Positions 35,852-45,254 of a stretch of 64,000 nucleotides of DNA are shown piece by piece. Position 1 is the first letter of the stretch. Every line of letters begins with the position of its first letter. The DNA lies in assembly GCA_021791755.1 (NCBI GenBank), contig JAJYWA010000003.1:6719-70718 (forward strand), read 5' to 3'. The notes below the pieces were generated by a model, which was given only the letters and a program-made list of their open reading frames with translations, was not told the DNA's origin and did no database searches. Source of the stretch: Actinomycetes bacterium. Lineage in GTDB: Bacteria; Actinomycetota; Acidimicrobiia; Acidimicrobiales; JAJZXF01. Made by a program: the position numbers and the translations under genes.

Positions 35852-36296
35852 TCATCGCTGCAGATGCCAGCGTCCTCGTTGGCGAGTTGCTTCGGAACGG
35901 GAGGCGCGATCTCATCTTGCACCCACGGGTGCAGCTCGTGGTGGCCGAGCACCAGTGGAGCGAGGTAGAGCACGACCGAGAGCGGCGCCTCTCAATCATG
36001 GAGTCCCGGGGCCGCATCACTGCCGAGCGCCGGAACCTCCTCGAAGGAGCAGCCCAACACCTCGTCGATGTCCAGGGCATCGAAGTCGTCCCCCGTAGTG
36101 CCTACGAGCAGTTTGAGGAGGCAGCTCGTCGCCGGGTCTCCTACGAGACCCCAACGACTGGGCGCCGGTCGCCCTCGCCATGGCCCTCGACGCAGGCATC
36201 CTCACCGGAGACAATGACTTCCTCGGCTGCGGCTGTCCCACCTGGACGGTCGAGACGCTTCAGGTGGAGCTGGGGGAGCCAGGAGCGAGGGACTGA
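35848..36296 (+). pseudogene. PIN-domain toxin with a frameshift
   Basis: MIIAADASVLVGELLRNG... in frame 1. After about 36127-36140 the PIN C-terminus DPNDWAPVALAMALDAGILTGDNDFLGCGCPTWTVETL reads in another frame and ends at 36296. Confidence 0.65.
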
Positions 36297-36397
36297 CAAC
36301 CCCGGAGACCTTCGGTACCGCTGCCCGTTACGGCCATCCCAAGAAATCTTCTCTTGTTGGGCTCCTGGTGTCGTCCGACAGCTTTCGCCTTCGAGCA

Positions 36398-37387
36398 CTA
36401 CCAGAAGGGCCGCTGCTGGAGCTCGTCGAGACGGAGTGGGACGGACTCCCTGTAGTCTTGGACGCTGACCTTGGCGAGCGGAAGGATGCGCAGTGGTAGA
36501 AGCTTCCCACCAGCGGTGGCTTTGGCGAAGGCCTTCACGCGAGCGGCCCGCCACTTGCGAAGTGGATCCTTCTCGGCGAGTGAGAGCGGATCATCTATCG
36601 TGATGACGATCAACTCGAGCGCCTGGGGTGAAATCCTGTCGCCGGCCGTTACCCGGACGCGGATCTGCTCTACTCGGTCCATCCACGCGGCGCCACGGCT
36701 GCGTTCTCGTCGAATCAACGTGTCGAGGTCGTTCGTCATGTCGAGGGCGACGTAGTCGTGTAGCGCCGGGCGGCGAAGCTTGATCGCCAACCGATCAGAG
36801 AACCCGAGGCAATCCTCCTCTGTGAGAAAGCCCCGGGCTGGGTGCTGGTCGACGAGCAGCGCTTTGCTCACGGGAAGCGAGATCCGGAGATCAGCGGCCC
36901 AATCTCCCATCGGTTGCAGGTTGTTCACGATCACCATATCGATCGTGCGACCATCCCGGACGTCGTTGGCGCGGGATTGTGGGAGGTCCGTGAGGTTGAC
37001 GATTGGAGCGACTTGCACTGTCGGGTGTCGTGCACCCGGCCCAGTGGCCACCACATCGCAGGTCTGCGAGACGATGATCCCAAGCTGCTCGGCGGGGACT
37101 TCGCCCTCTTCGACGTCGAGTGATTCCCGTGCGGTCACCCATCCTCCGTCGGGTTGCGGGTCGAGTCGAGCGCCCGACAGCGGATCCCTACCGTGTTCGC
37201 TGACTCCCCAGAAGGCTCTCAGTCCGCTGACTATGTCACCCTGACGCCACTGGTCGAGGGCAGTGGACACCTCGGGTTGATGCAGCCAATCGAAATCGAA
37301 ATTGTTGCCGACGACGTCGCTCCCTACCAGGGGTTGGGAGGGTGTCCACCCCGACCCAGGCGGCGCCGGTTCCGAACCGGGAGTCAC
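36398..37387 (-). CDS. hypothetical protein, third gene of an unknown three-gene operon
   Basis: 329 aa with good coding statistics. GTG start in a GTGA overlap with the upstream gene. Notable motifs are WRQGDIV and GIIVSQTCDVV. I recognise no family. Confidence 0.7.
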   Translation of the reverse strand: MTPGSEPAPPGSGWTPSQPLVGSDVVGNNFDFDWLHQPEVSTALDQWRQGDIVSGLRAFWGVSEHGRDPLSGARLDPQPDGGWVTARESLDVEEGEVPAEQLGIIVSQTCDVVATGPGARHPTVQVAPIVNLTDLPQSRANDVRDGRTIDMVIVNNLQPMGDWAADLRISLPVSKALLVDQHPARGFLTEEDCLGFSDRLAIKLRRPALHDYVALDMTNDLDTLIRRERSRGAAWMDRVEQIRVRVTAGDRISPQALELIVITIDDPLSLAEKDPLRKWRAARVKAFAKATAGGKLLPLRILPLAKVSVQDYRESVPLRLDELQQRPFW

Positions 37388-38223
37388 TTCTTGCGGCGGC
37401 GGGAAGGGCTGACAGTCTGCGCCGAGGTGGGCTTACGGAACTCGCGGTGATGCGTGGTCAGCTCGGCATCGGATGCGAGACAGTCGCCGCCGACTGAGAG
37501 GAACCGGGCGTAGTCGGGGGCAGCTCGTAGGGGTCGGGGCTGGGCCCTCAGCGACTCCAAGAGGTCATCGAAGCGACCGTCGATGAGCTGGGCTCGACGG
37601 TCAGGGCGGGCGAGCAGCCACTGGCCAGGTGGCGCGTCGAGCAGATCCTCGAGATCTTCGGTGAACTGCGCGAGTGCCCACAGTCGACCTTGGCTAGCGA
37701 CGCGAGGCCGAGGAGCATCTGGCTGGCTCCAGGTGTAGTAAGCGCTCCGGCTCACGTTCGCGGCGTTGCAGATATCCCGCAGGGGAAGGCCGAGGCGCCA
37801 GCTCAAGCTCTTGATGGCTGCAACGACGTCCTCCGCACCGGAAGTCAACCCTGGTGGCTCAGCGCTGAACGGAAGCTCTTCTGAGGCCACTTCGACTGCT
37901 GGAGCAGGAGTTGCCACCACATGCAGCAGCAGAAGGGTGCGATGCATCGCTTCCGCCAGCGGTTCCCCGACGGAGGTCGCGACGACACCACGGCCAACGT
38001 CTGAGATCGACGTGCCGGTCGAGTCCGCGCGGGCGACGACGAACAAGAGCAACGGCGCCATCGGCTCGGCGAGGGCGATATCGAACTGAGTGAGGACTTT
38101 CTGCAGGTCATGGTCGGACACGTTTCGGGCCGGGGTGTGTCGAGACACAAGTTGGTCCTGGAACGAGGCCAGCTCCTCATAGTCGCCGAGCGTCGATCCA
38201 GTCCGCTCCAAGGTCATCGTCAT
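37384..38223 (-). CDS. hypothetical protein with a central helix-turn-helix-like segment
   Basis: 279 aa. LPLRDICNAANVSRSAYYTWSQ looks like an HTH. The following RLWALAQFTEDLEDLL...WLLARP resembles Xre/ParS-type antitoxin C-domains (weak). ATGA overlap with the upstream gene. Confidence 0.65.
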   Translation of the reverse strand: MTMTLERTGSTLGDYEELASFQDQLVSRHTPARNVSDHDLQKVLTQFDIALAEPMAPLLLFVVARADSTGTSISDVGRGVVATSVGEPLAEAMHRTLLLLHVVATPAPAVEVASEELPFSAEPPGLTSGAEDVVAAIKSLSWRLGLPLRDICNAANVSRSAYYTWSQPDAPRPRVASQGRLWALAQFTEDLEDLLDAPPGQWLLARPDRRAQLIDGRFDDLLESLRAQPRPLRAAPDYARFLSVGGDCLASDAELTTHHREFRKPTSAQTVSPSRRRKK

Positions 38224-39107
38224 CGCAGCGCGCCTTCGCTCGCGGTTGTCGCCTCCTCGTCCGTCTGCCCGTCCGACTGCAATTGGTGGCGGTAGTCCTC
38301 GGTGATGACCGACTGGAACAGTGACGCTGCCGTCCGGTTGAGCACCTCGGCTCGGTCAGCGAGCTCAGCCACGTTGAAACTGCTGGGCGTGCTGTCGTAG
38401 CAGTCGATGTCGAGCAGGTAGCTCACCGACCGGGCGCTCCTCTCGTCGATGAATGGTCCGTGACGGAGAATGGCCCCCTGATTGTCGGAGAAGGCGAGGT
38501 CCACTTGCTGCTGGGAGCCTTTCACTAGGTCGCCCAGGTGAGAGTGGCAGATCGGGCCGAGGAATCGCTCGTCGATGCGTCCCTTCCAAGCGGCGACGGC
38601 TGCAGCGGCGGGATCGACGAACCGGTTCACGTAGCGCAGTCCAATACGGATCACGACCCGCGGCGTGGCCAGCTCATCGACGGATTCAAGCACTGCTTCG
38701 AGTGACGGCCGCATCGAGACGCTCCAGCGATGGTAGGTCGCAGTTTGGAGCACTGCCGCCTCCGGAAAGAGCGTCACTTGGATCGTGCCATCAGGATTGG
38801 CAAGCAGCCAACCCTTCGAGACAACGTCGATGGTGGCAGCCACCCCAGGCGTCAGGTTGACTCGCTGGGTCTGACGCGGCTCGAGGTGAGCCAAGTGCAG
38901 ACCGGCGGCTCCGAGGCGCTCGCGCATTTGGAGCCCAGCATCATCGGGCAGGCTAGGAGCGCCGGCGAAACGGACTTCGGCGATGGCGAGCTCCAGCGGC
39001 GCCTGAGCGAGCAGAGTGCGATCGGCCCCAGGCAGGCCGGCCAGCGGCCGGGTCTCCTCGCGTTCCTCCCCCAGCACTTCGTCGTCAGAGCTCATAAAGT
39101 TCGACAT
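38220..39107 (-). CDS. TIGR04255-like hypothetical protein, first gene of the three-gene operon
   Basis: 295 aa. LELAIAEVRF and RIGLRYVNRF blocks are what I recall as hallmarks of the uncharacterised TIGR04255 family (unverified). Confidence 0.6.
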   Translation of the reverse strand: MSNFMSSDDEVLGEEREETRPLAGLPGADRTLLAQAPLELAIAEVRFAGAPSLPDDAGLQMRERLGAAGLHLAHLEPRQTQRVNLTPGVAATIDVVSKGWLLANPDGTIQVTLFPEAAVLQTATYHRWSVSMRPSLEAVLESVDELATPRVVIRIGLRYVNRFVDPAAAAVAAWKGRIDERFLGPICHSHLGDLVKGSQQQVDLAFSDNQGAILRHGPFIDERSARSVSYLLDIDCYDSTPSSFNVAELADRAEVLNRTAASLFQSVITEDYRHQLQSDGQTDEEATTASEGALR

Positions 39108-39114
39108 TAGCTGG

Positions 39115-39129
39115 ACACTGTGACAGTGT
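39115..39129. promoter_or_regulatory. perfect 7-1-7 palindrome immediately upstream of the three-gene operon (candidate operator)
   Basis: ACACTGT G ACAGTGT lies 8-22 nt upstream of the ATG at 39107. No Shine-Dalgarno sequence lies between them. Confidence 0.35.
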
Positions 39130-39397
39130 GCTCATCGGGCCAGAAAGCCGGTGTCTCGTTGGTGCGCTGCTCCGGTGCTGCGACGAGGCTTGTCATCCAG
39201 GTAGAACGTGTCTGGGCCCGCCACTCGGGCAACTGCCCGCCGCTTCGACAGCACGCATCTCGCGCTCAACGCATTGCCAGGGGCACTCTGGGACTCGGAA
39301 TGATCTTGACGATGTCCCTCTAGACGGACCTGTTAGTCCCGGTGGCAAGTGGTGGCTAACGTGAAGGGGGACGGCGACGAGATGAAGGAGGCTTGCG

Positions 39398-40849
39398 ATG
39401 GATGCAGGACCAGGCGTGCTCGACGAGGCGATCGCGGAGCGTGCAAAGTTTTATGTCGGAGGGTCTTGGGTTCCTCCTGGCGGCCAGGAGGTGATCAGCG
39501 TCGCGAACCCTTACACGGAGGCGACGGTTGGTAACGTTCCGGCCGGCAGCTCGGAGGACGTGGAGCGTGCCGTTGCCGCGGCGCGGGCGGCATTCTCTGA
39601 TTGGTCTTCCACGCCGGCCTTGGAGCGTTCGAAGTTGATCGCGCGTCTCGGCGAGGCATTGGGGGCCCGCATGTCGCAAATGTCGGAGCTGATCTCGACG
39701 GAAATGGGAATGCCCATCAACTTGTCGAACATGATCCAGGTTGGTCTTCCAATCGTTACCTTTGACAGCATCGCGAGAATACTCCAGGAGATGCCTTTCG
39801 AGGAGATGGTGGGTAACTCCATCGTAGTAAAGGAGCCCGTTGGTGTTCTTGGGGCTATAACCCCGTGGAACTATCCTCTTCACCAGATAGTGGCAAAGGT
39901 GGCGCCGGCGATGGCGGCGGGCTGCACTGTGGTGCTCAAGCCGAGCGAGGTCGCGCCGTTGAATGCATTCCTCCTCGCTGATCTGATGGAAGAGGTAGGC
40001 GTACCCGATGGGGTTTTCAATCTTGTCTCTGGCACTGGCAGCATCGTAGGCGAGGCGATCGCTGGAAATCCAGGAATTGACATGGTGTCTTTCACGGGTT
40101 CGACTAGGGCGGGCCGTCGAGTCGCGGAGCTTGCATCTCGCAGCGTAAAGCGGGTGGCGCTTGAGCTGGGCGGGAAATCGGCCTGCATCATACTCGACGA
40201 TGCCGACCTTGCTCGCGCTGTCGCCGTTGGCATGTCGATGTGCTTCTTGAACTCCGGTCAGACGTGCATTGCTCTGACCCGGATGCTCGTACCCCGGTCC
40301 AGGCTGTCCGAGGTAGAAGAGATCGCGGCGCAAGAAGTTGCCGACTATACCCTTGGCGATCCCTTCTCCGGATCCACGAGGCTTGGCCCGCTCGTGTCGT
40401 CTGCGCAGCGCGAACGTGTTCGCTCTTACATCGTAAAGGGTATGGATGAGGGCGCTAAGCTGGTTGCCGGCGGGCCCGAGAGCCCAGCCGGTCTCGACAC
40501 CGGGCACTTCGTGAAGCCGACGGTGTTCTCAGAGGTATCTGGTGAGATGACCATCGCACGTGAAGAGATCTTCGGTCCCGTACTTTCCATCATCGCTTTT
40601 GACGATGACGATGACGCGGTTGCTCAGGCCAATGACTCCTCCTACGGGCTTTCAGGAGCCGTGTGGTCGGCTGATCGTGATCGGGCTGAACGCGTGGCGA
40701 GACAGCTGCGAACGGGCCAAGTGGACATCAATGGTGGGAGCTTCAATCCCCAGGCGCCATTTGGTGGGTACAAGCAGTCTGGTTACGGCAGGGAGCTTGG
40801 GCGTTACGGAATCGAGGAGTTTCTTCAAACGAAGGCCCTCCAGTTTTGA
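39398..40849 (+). CDS. NAD(P)-dependent aldehyde dehydrogenase
   Basis: 483 aa. ITPWNYPL, the catalytic-Glu block ELGGKS, the catalytic-Cys block [10 protein letters not shown] and EEIFGPV. GAAGGAGG RBS. Confidence 0.92.
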   Translation: MDAGPGVLDEAIAERAKFYVGGSWVPPGGQEVISVANPYTEATVGNVPAGSSEDVERAVAAARAAFSDWSSTPALERSKLIARLGEALGARMSQMSELISTEMGMPINLSNMIQVGLPIVTFDSIARILQEMPFEEMVGNSIVVKEPVGVLGAITPWNYPLHQIVAKVAPAMAAGCTVVLKPSEVAPLNAFLLADLMEEVGVPDGVFNLVSGTGSIVGEAIAGNPGIDMVSFTGSTRAGRRVAELASRSVKRVALELGGKSACIILDDADLARAVAVGMSMCFLNSGQTCIALTRMLVPRSRLSEVEEIAAQEVADYTLGDPFSGSTRLGPLVSSAQRERVRSYIVKGMDEGAKLVAGGPESPAGLDTGHFVKPTVFSEVSGEMTIAREEIFGPVLSIIAFDDDDDAVAQANDSSYGLSGAVWSADRDRAERVARQLRTGQVDINGGSFNPQAPFGGYKQSGYGRELGRYGIEEFLQTKALQF

Positions 40850-41075
40850 CCAAGGCAGACCAAGGCAGAAAAATGGTGAGGTCTTTGGAGACGCCGCGAC
40901 CGCGTGCGGGATCTGATCTGTGCAACAGTTGATGACTTTCGGGGCGAGCTTCCTGTAGACTGATTGCACGATTGAACATGGGTCGAAGCTCGGTGCCCGA
41001 GCACTGGAGCATGTGCGGGACGCGGTAGGTAGCCGGCGTGCAGTCGTGGTGCGGTGCTGACAAGGAGGACCGGGA

Positions 41076-43211
41076 ATGGTTGATGACGAGCGGCGCGAGG
41101 AAGTCGTCTTGGTGTTTGGCGCAGATGGGCGAGCGCGCCATGTGGTCGGCGAGGACGTGGTGCTTGCTGGGCGCCAAGCGAAAGAGCTTGCTGGCGCCGA
41201 GCTAATGGACCTCGAGGGCCTCGTCGAGCAGGCGTCACGAGGAGGGCGGCCCGGACCGTTGCGGCTCCAGACGAGGGACCGTGCCGATCTGGACCTGACC
41301 GGGTATGTGCTCGACTTGCGAGGCGATCCAGTGGTGGCTGGTGTGCTGGTCTATGCCACCGGTGAACCTGTCGTGCGAGAGGTTGGCGCTCAGGGTGGGG
41401 AGGCAGCACTAGAAGGCGCCTCGGCTGGAGTGTCGCCGGACATCGCAGGTGTGGATCGCAAAGGGCTGGCGAGTGTGAGCACCGGTGTAGACGCGAGCGA
41501 TGCGGTAACGGACGCGGGCGCTCCAGAGCGTTCGCAGCGTATGGTCGACATGGCGAGAGACGCCTACGTAGAGGTGAACGCCGAGGGTGTGATCACGGAC
41601 TGGAACAAGCGCGCCGAAGACATGTTCGGCTGGAAGACGGAAGAGGTAATGGGCAAGTCGCTGCTGCAGGTTCTCGTGAGGCCAGAGCAGCGCCGGGACC
41701 TTTCCCTGCAGTTGAGCGAGCTGGCCGTAGCAGGTGAGGGAGGCTGGTCTGGCTGGCGGCGAGAGATGATGTTCGTTCATCGCGATGGACACAACGTGGT
41801 TGTGTCGGGTTCGCCGTGGGTCATTGGCTCGGGCGCATCGCTCCGGGTTGGAAACTTCCTCCACGACGTTGCCGAGGAAAGGGCGACCCGGCAGGCACTT
41901 GCCCACTCCTACGTGTACGATTCGCTCACCGGGCTCCCGAACAGGACGCTGTTCACTAGGAAGCTGTCAGCCGCCTTGGCGGCCCGCAAGCAGTCGAAGG
42001 CGGGCAAGGTCGCGGTGATGATGCTCGACCTCGACCGCTTCAAGGCCGTCAACGAGAGCTTGGGGCACGGGGCAGGAGATGAGGTTCTCGTGGCCACCGC
42101 CAAGCGCCTTGGCGAGGAGGTAGACCGTGGCGATGTGGTCGCCCGGTTGGGAGGGGATGAGTTCATGATCCTGATCGAGGGGCGTGAAGCGGATCTCCGC
42201 GCGACCCAACTTGCGAATGCGATAGCGCGTGCCATGAGAGAGCCCTTCTCTGTGGCCTCCAGCGAGGTGTTCATCTCGACCAGCATCGGGGTGGCGATCA
42301 CGAAGGGAGACTATGACGACTCCCAGGTCCTGCTGAGCAATGCTGATGCTGCTGTGTACCGTGCGAAGGAGCGCGGCGGCGCCTGCTACCAGGTGTTCGG
42401 CGAGGACATCCGGGTGAGCGTTTTCGGGCGCATGGCGACAGAGGCGTCTTTGCACCGTGCGCTGGAGCGCGATGAGCTCAGAGTCTTCTTTCAGCCGGTC
42501 GTGGATATCAGAGAGATGGGCATCGTGAGCCCCTCGAGCGTGGAGGCGCTGATCCGCTGGGAGCACCCGGAGAAGGGCATGGTGGCTCCCGACAAGTTCA
42601 TACCTGTTGCCGAAGAGACCGGGCTCATCGTGCCTATAGGTGCATGGGTTCTGGAGGAGTCCTGCAAGAGGCTCAAGAATTGGCAGGGCAACGACGTCGG
42701 CCTGCCCGGCGGAGCCATGTCGGTGAACCTATCGGCAAGGCAGCTCGACCAGCCCAACCTCGCAGGGATGGTGGGGGACGTTCTTGCCGGAACGGGTCTC
42801 GCCCCGGAGCACCTGACACTGGAGATCACCGAGACTGCTCTGATGACCAACACAGAAGCGGCCGTGACTGTATTGAACGCGTTGAAGAAGCTGGGTGTGA
42901 TGCTTGCGATCGATGACTTCGGCACCGGGTTCTCCTCCCTTGCTTACCTGCGCGAGCTTCCGCTTGACGTTCTAAAAGTGGACAAGTCTTTCGTGGACGG
43001 GCTCGGCATGAGCAAAGATGACGAGGCCATAGTCGGAGCTGTGATTAATCTGGCTCACACTCTCGACCTCAGGGTAATCGCTGAAGGCGTCGAGACCGAG
43101 GATCAGCTCGAGGTGCTGCGGGACCTCGGCTGCGACTACGCCCAGGGTTTCTTGTTCTCGCGTCCGGTGCCGGAGGCCGACTTGGCGCAGGCGTTGGCGT
43201 TCTCCTCGTGA
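41076..43211 (+). CDS. PAS-GGDEF-EAL signalling protein (c-di-GMP turnover)
   Basis: [10 protein letters not shown] (GGDEF), EALIRWEHP (EAL), [10 protein letters not shown] and KVDKSF. A PAS-like segment lies at [24 protein letters not shown]. Confidence 0.9.
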   Translation: MVDDERREEVVLVFGADGRARHVVGEDVVLAGRQAKELAGAELMDLEGLVEQASRGGRPGPLRLQTRDRADLDLTGYVLDLRGDPVVAGVLVYATGEPVVREVGAQGGEAALEGASAGVSPDIAGVDRKGLASVSTGVDASDAVTDAGAPERSQRMVDMARDAYVEVNAEGVITDWNKRAEDMFGWKTEEVMGKSLLQVLVRPEQRRDLSLQLSELAVAGEGGWSGWRREMMFVHRDGHNVVVSGSPWVIGSGASLRVGNFLHDVAEERATRQALAHSYVYDSLTGLPNRTLFTRKLSAALAARKQSKAGKVAVMMLDLDRFKAVNESLGHGAGDEVLVATAKRLGEEVDRGDVVARLGGDEFMILIEGREADLRATQLANAIARAMREPFSVASSEVFISTSIGVAITKGDYDDSQVLLSNADAAVYRAKERGGACYQVFGEDIRVSVFGRMATEASLHRALERDELRVFFQPVVDIREMGIVSPSSVEALIRWEHPEKGMVAPDKFIPVAEETGLIVPIGAWVLEESCKRLKNWQGNDVGLPGGAMSVNLSARQLDQPNLAGMVGDVLAGTGLAPEHLTLEITETALMTNTEAAVTVLNALKKLGVMLAIDDFGTGFSSLAYLRELPLDVLKVDKSFVDGLGMSKDDEAIVGAVINLAHTLDLRVIAEGVETEDQLEVLRDLGCDYAQGFLFSRPVPEADLAQALAFSS

Positions 43212-43372
43212 CGCGCCAGCTCCGTGTGAGCCAGCAATCGGATGCTCTTCCAGCACGAGCAGGTGACTCGGGTGCCAGCGTGGATCGTTCCACTCTCTGA
43301 CGGGGCAGGCGTCGTGTGGTGGCTGCCCTTCCACCGAGACCGCTGCCAGTGCTGTCGAGGATCTGTACGGCT

Positions 43373-44353
43373 ATGCTGCCGACCATGCCTGTACCACCGA
43401 CCGCGTCTACGCGTAAGCGACGGCGTCTTGCCGGATCCGTAGGTCTAGTAGCGAGCGCTGTACTTCTCGCATCGTGCTCTTCGTCACCCGCGCCGGTTGG
43501 CCGCCGCGCTCCATCACGGAGCAGCCATGTCTCCAATCATTCAAGAGGCGCTTCATCTTCGCGACACGCCGGGCAGCTCGAATCGATAACGCTTTCTGCG
43601 TCTGGTATGGCAATCATCGATGCGCAGATCGGAGTGCTGGACGGATATTTGGCGAAGGCGCAAGCGAGCCTTGGGAGTGCGCCGGGGAGCGGCTCGTCTT
43701 CCTCGCGAACATCAGCCCAGTCGTTGGGGGTTTCCACCGGTATGTCAACCACAGTTGCTGAGGGGCAGCTTGCGGCTCAAGTTGCGAGGCGCCAGAACGA
43801 GATCTCAACAATGGCGGCCGCTGTGACCTCTTCGACGTCGGTAACCGCGCCAGATCGTGCGCTACTTGACTCGGAGCTGTCGGCGGACGCCTCGGGTCTG
43901 CGTGCTGTTGTCACCAAGGCGCAAGCCGCGACTTCAGCCGGGCCACTGGTGTCACTTGCCCACAGTGTCGTCACATACTACAGAGTGCTGTCGCTCACGG
44001 TCCCGAAGGTCTACATGGTCCTGGCAGCTGACCAGGCTGTGTTCCTAGAGACAGCGCTCGCGCGCATCACTGCCCAGGCCGCGCTGGAGGCCAGCGCGCC
44101 TCAGGCCGTCTCGAGGCTCAGCACCACCGTGCGCCAGCGCGCTAAGGCCGACGCCAGTGCCGCGAGCTCTCGGGTCACCGCGGCGACCACGAGCACGGAG
44201 GGCATCTCGGCGTCGGTGCTTTCATTGATCCCGGCTGGTTTCCCTGGGAACAAGGTGGTCTTGCAGGCCGGCGTGAACGATCTCTCGTCCGTGCTGCACG
44301 ACATCGGTCTTGTTCGCAACGATATCGCTGTTCTTGTCCGGCTTCTCGGCTGA
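43373..44353 (+). CDS. hypothetical lipoprotein, Ala/Ser-rich
   Basis: Signal peptide with lipobox (LVASAVLLASCSS). The start is taken at the internal ATG; the ORF is open from 43316. Confidence 0.5.
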   Translation: MLPTMPVPPTASTRKRRRLAGSVGLVASAVLLASCSSSPAPVGRRAPSRSSHVSNHSRGASSSRHAGQLESITLSASGMAIIDAQIGVLDGYLAKAQASLGSAPGSGSSSSRTSAQSLGVSTGMSTTVAEGQLAAQVARRQNEISTMAAAVTSSTSVTAPDRALLDSELSADASGLRAVVTKAQAATSAGPLVSLAHSVVTYYRVLSLTVPKVYMVLAADQAVFLETALARITAQAALEASAPQAVSRLSTTVRQRAKADASAASSRVTAATTSTEGISASVLSLIPAGFPGNKVVLQAGVNDLSSVLHDIGLVRNDIAVLVRLLG

Positions 44354-44361
44354 GGTGAAGC

Positions 44362-45141
44362 GTGCGCCTCGCGCTCGAGGGAGGATGCTTTCTGGCGGGT
44401 CTGTTTGCAGGCTCGGTGCTCGATGTGCTTGTGCAGCGTGTCCCGCGCAAGGAGCCGTTGGAACGTCCTTGGTTCGTATGTCCGGCATGCGATAGCGTCC
44501 CATCGCTTTTGGCAGCAGTCCCGGTGCTGTGGTGGGCAGCATCACAGGGGCGGTGCCGGAGGTGCCGTCAACGCCTGTCGCTGCGCCGTCTCGGTCTCGA
44601 GGCCGCAGCGGGAGCGGTTTTTGCTCTCTCTGCGATCCGTTTCGGACCAGATCTGGTTCTTCTCGCGTACTGTGTCTTCGCGGCGATGCTGGTGGCTGTC
44701 ACAGCTGTGGACATCGATATGCGGATCGTTCCCTTGCGCTTTGTCTACCCGGTGCTAGCGATGACCATCCTGGTGCTTCCGCTCGCCTCGCTGCTGGATG
44801 GTTCCGTTGCTCCCCTGGAGCGCGCCGCGATTGGCGGCGCGAGCGCTTTTGGTTTCTTCTTTGTGGTCCACTTCATCTATCCAGACGGCCTGGGCTTTGG
44901 CGACGTCCGGCTCTCGCTGCTGCTTGGGGTGTACCTCGGGTGGCTTGGTGAAGCGTACGTCTTCGTCGGCTTGGCGCTCTCGTTCGTTCTTGCGGCCGCA
45001 GTCGGTCTTTGGCTGGTGCTCTTCAGGGGCCGGGGTCGGAGGTCGAGCATTCCGCTGGCTCCTTTCCTGGCAGCCGGCTCATTGATAGCGATCTTCTGGG
45101 GCGCGCCCATTGTGCAGTTCTGGCTGAGAGCATCCGGCTGA
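44362..45141 (+). CDS. type IV prepilin peptidase (A24 family)
   Basis: A CPAC...CRRC zinc-like N-domain, DIDMRIVP and GLGFGDVRLS aspartate blocks, and a polytopic layout. Confidence 0.85.
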   Translation: MRLALEGGCFLAGLFAGSVLDVLVQRVPRKEPLERPWFVCPACDSVPSLLAAVPVLWWAASQGRCRRCRQRLSLRRLGLEAAAGAVFALSAIRFGPDLVLLAYCVFAAMLVAVTAVDIDMRIVPLRFVYPVLAMTILVLPLASLLDGSVAPLERAAIGGASAFGFFFVVHFIYPDGLGFGDVRLSLLLGVYLGWLGEAYVFVGLALSFVLAAAVGLWLVLFRGRGRRSSIPLAPFLAAGSLIAIFWGAPIVQFWLRASG

Positions 45142-45254
45142 TAGGTCCTGGCTGAGAGCATCGGGCCTAGCGATCCCGGAGCACGTGCTCGGCAAGGCAG
45201 CGTGGGCGTGCTGCTGGATCCGCATGCCACCGAGGGCAACTACATTGGAGTTTC

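Larger units (their letters stand above)
29250..39390. other. accessory island (R-M, TA remnants, unknown three-gene operon) with no recognisable mobility gene
   Basis: A block of non-housekeeping genes between the his-linked membrane genes and an aldehyde dehydrogenase. It has many frameshifted genes and an internal duplicated segment. I saw no integrase, transposase or tRNA. Confidence 0.5.

Noticed and set aside
33486-36296. Programmed ribosomal frameshifting as an explanation for the split TA genes
   Set aside because: No slippery heptamer or downstream structure is present at the shift points. One shift is plainly an 11-bp duplication and another is a single-base loss, so pseudogenisation is the simpler explanation.
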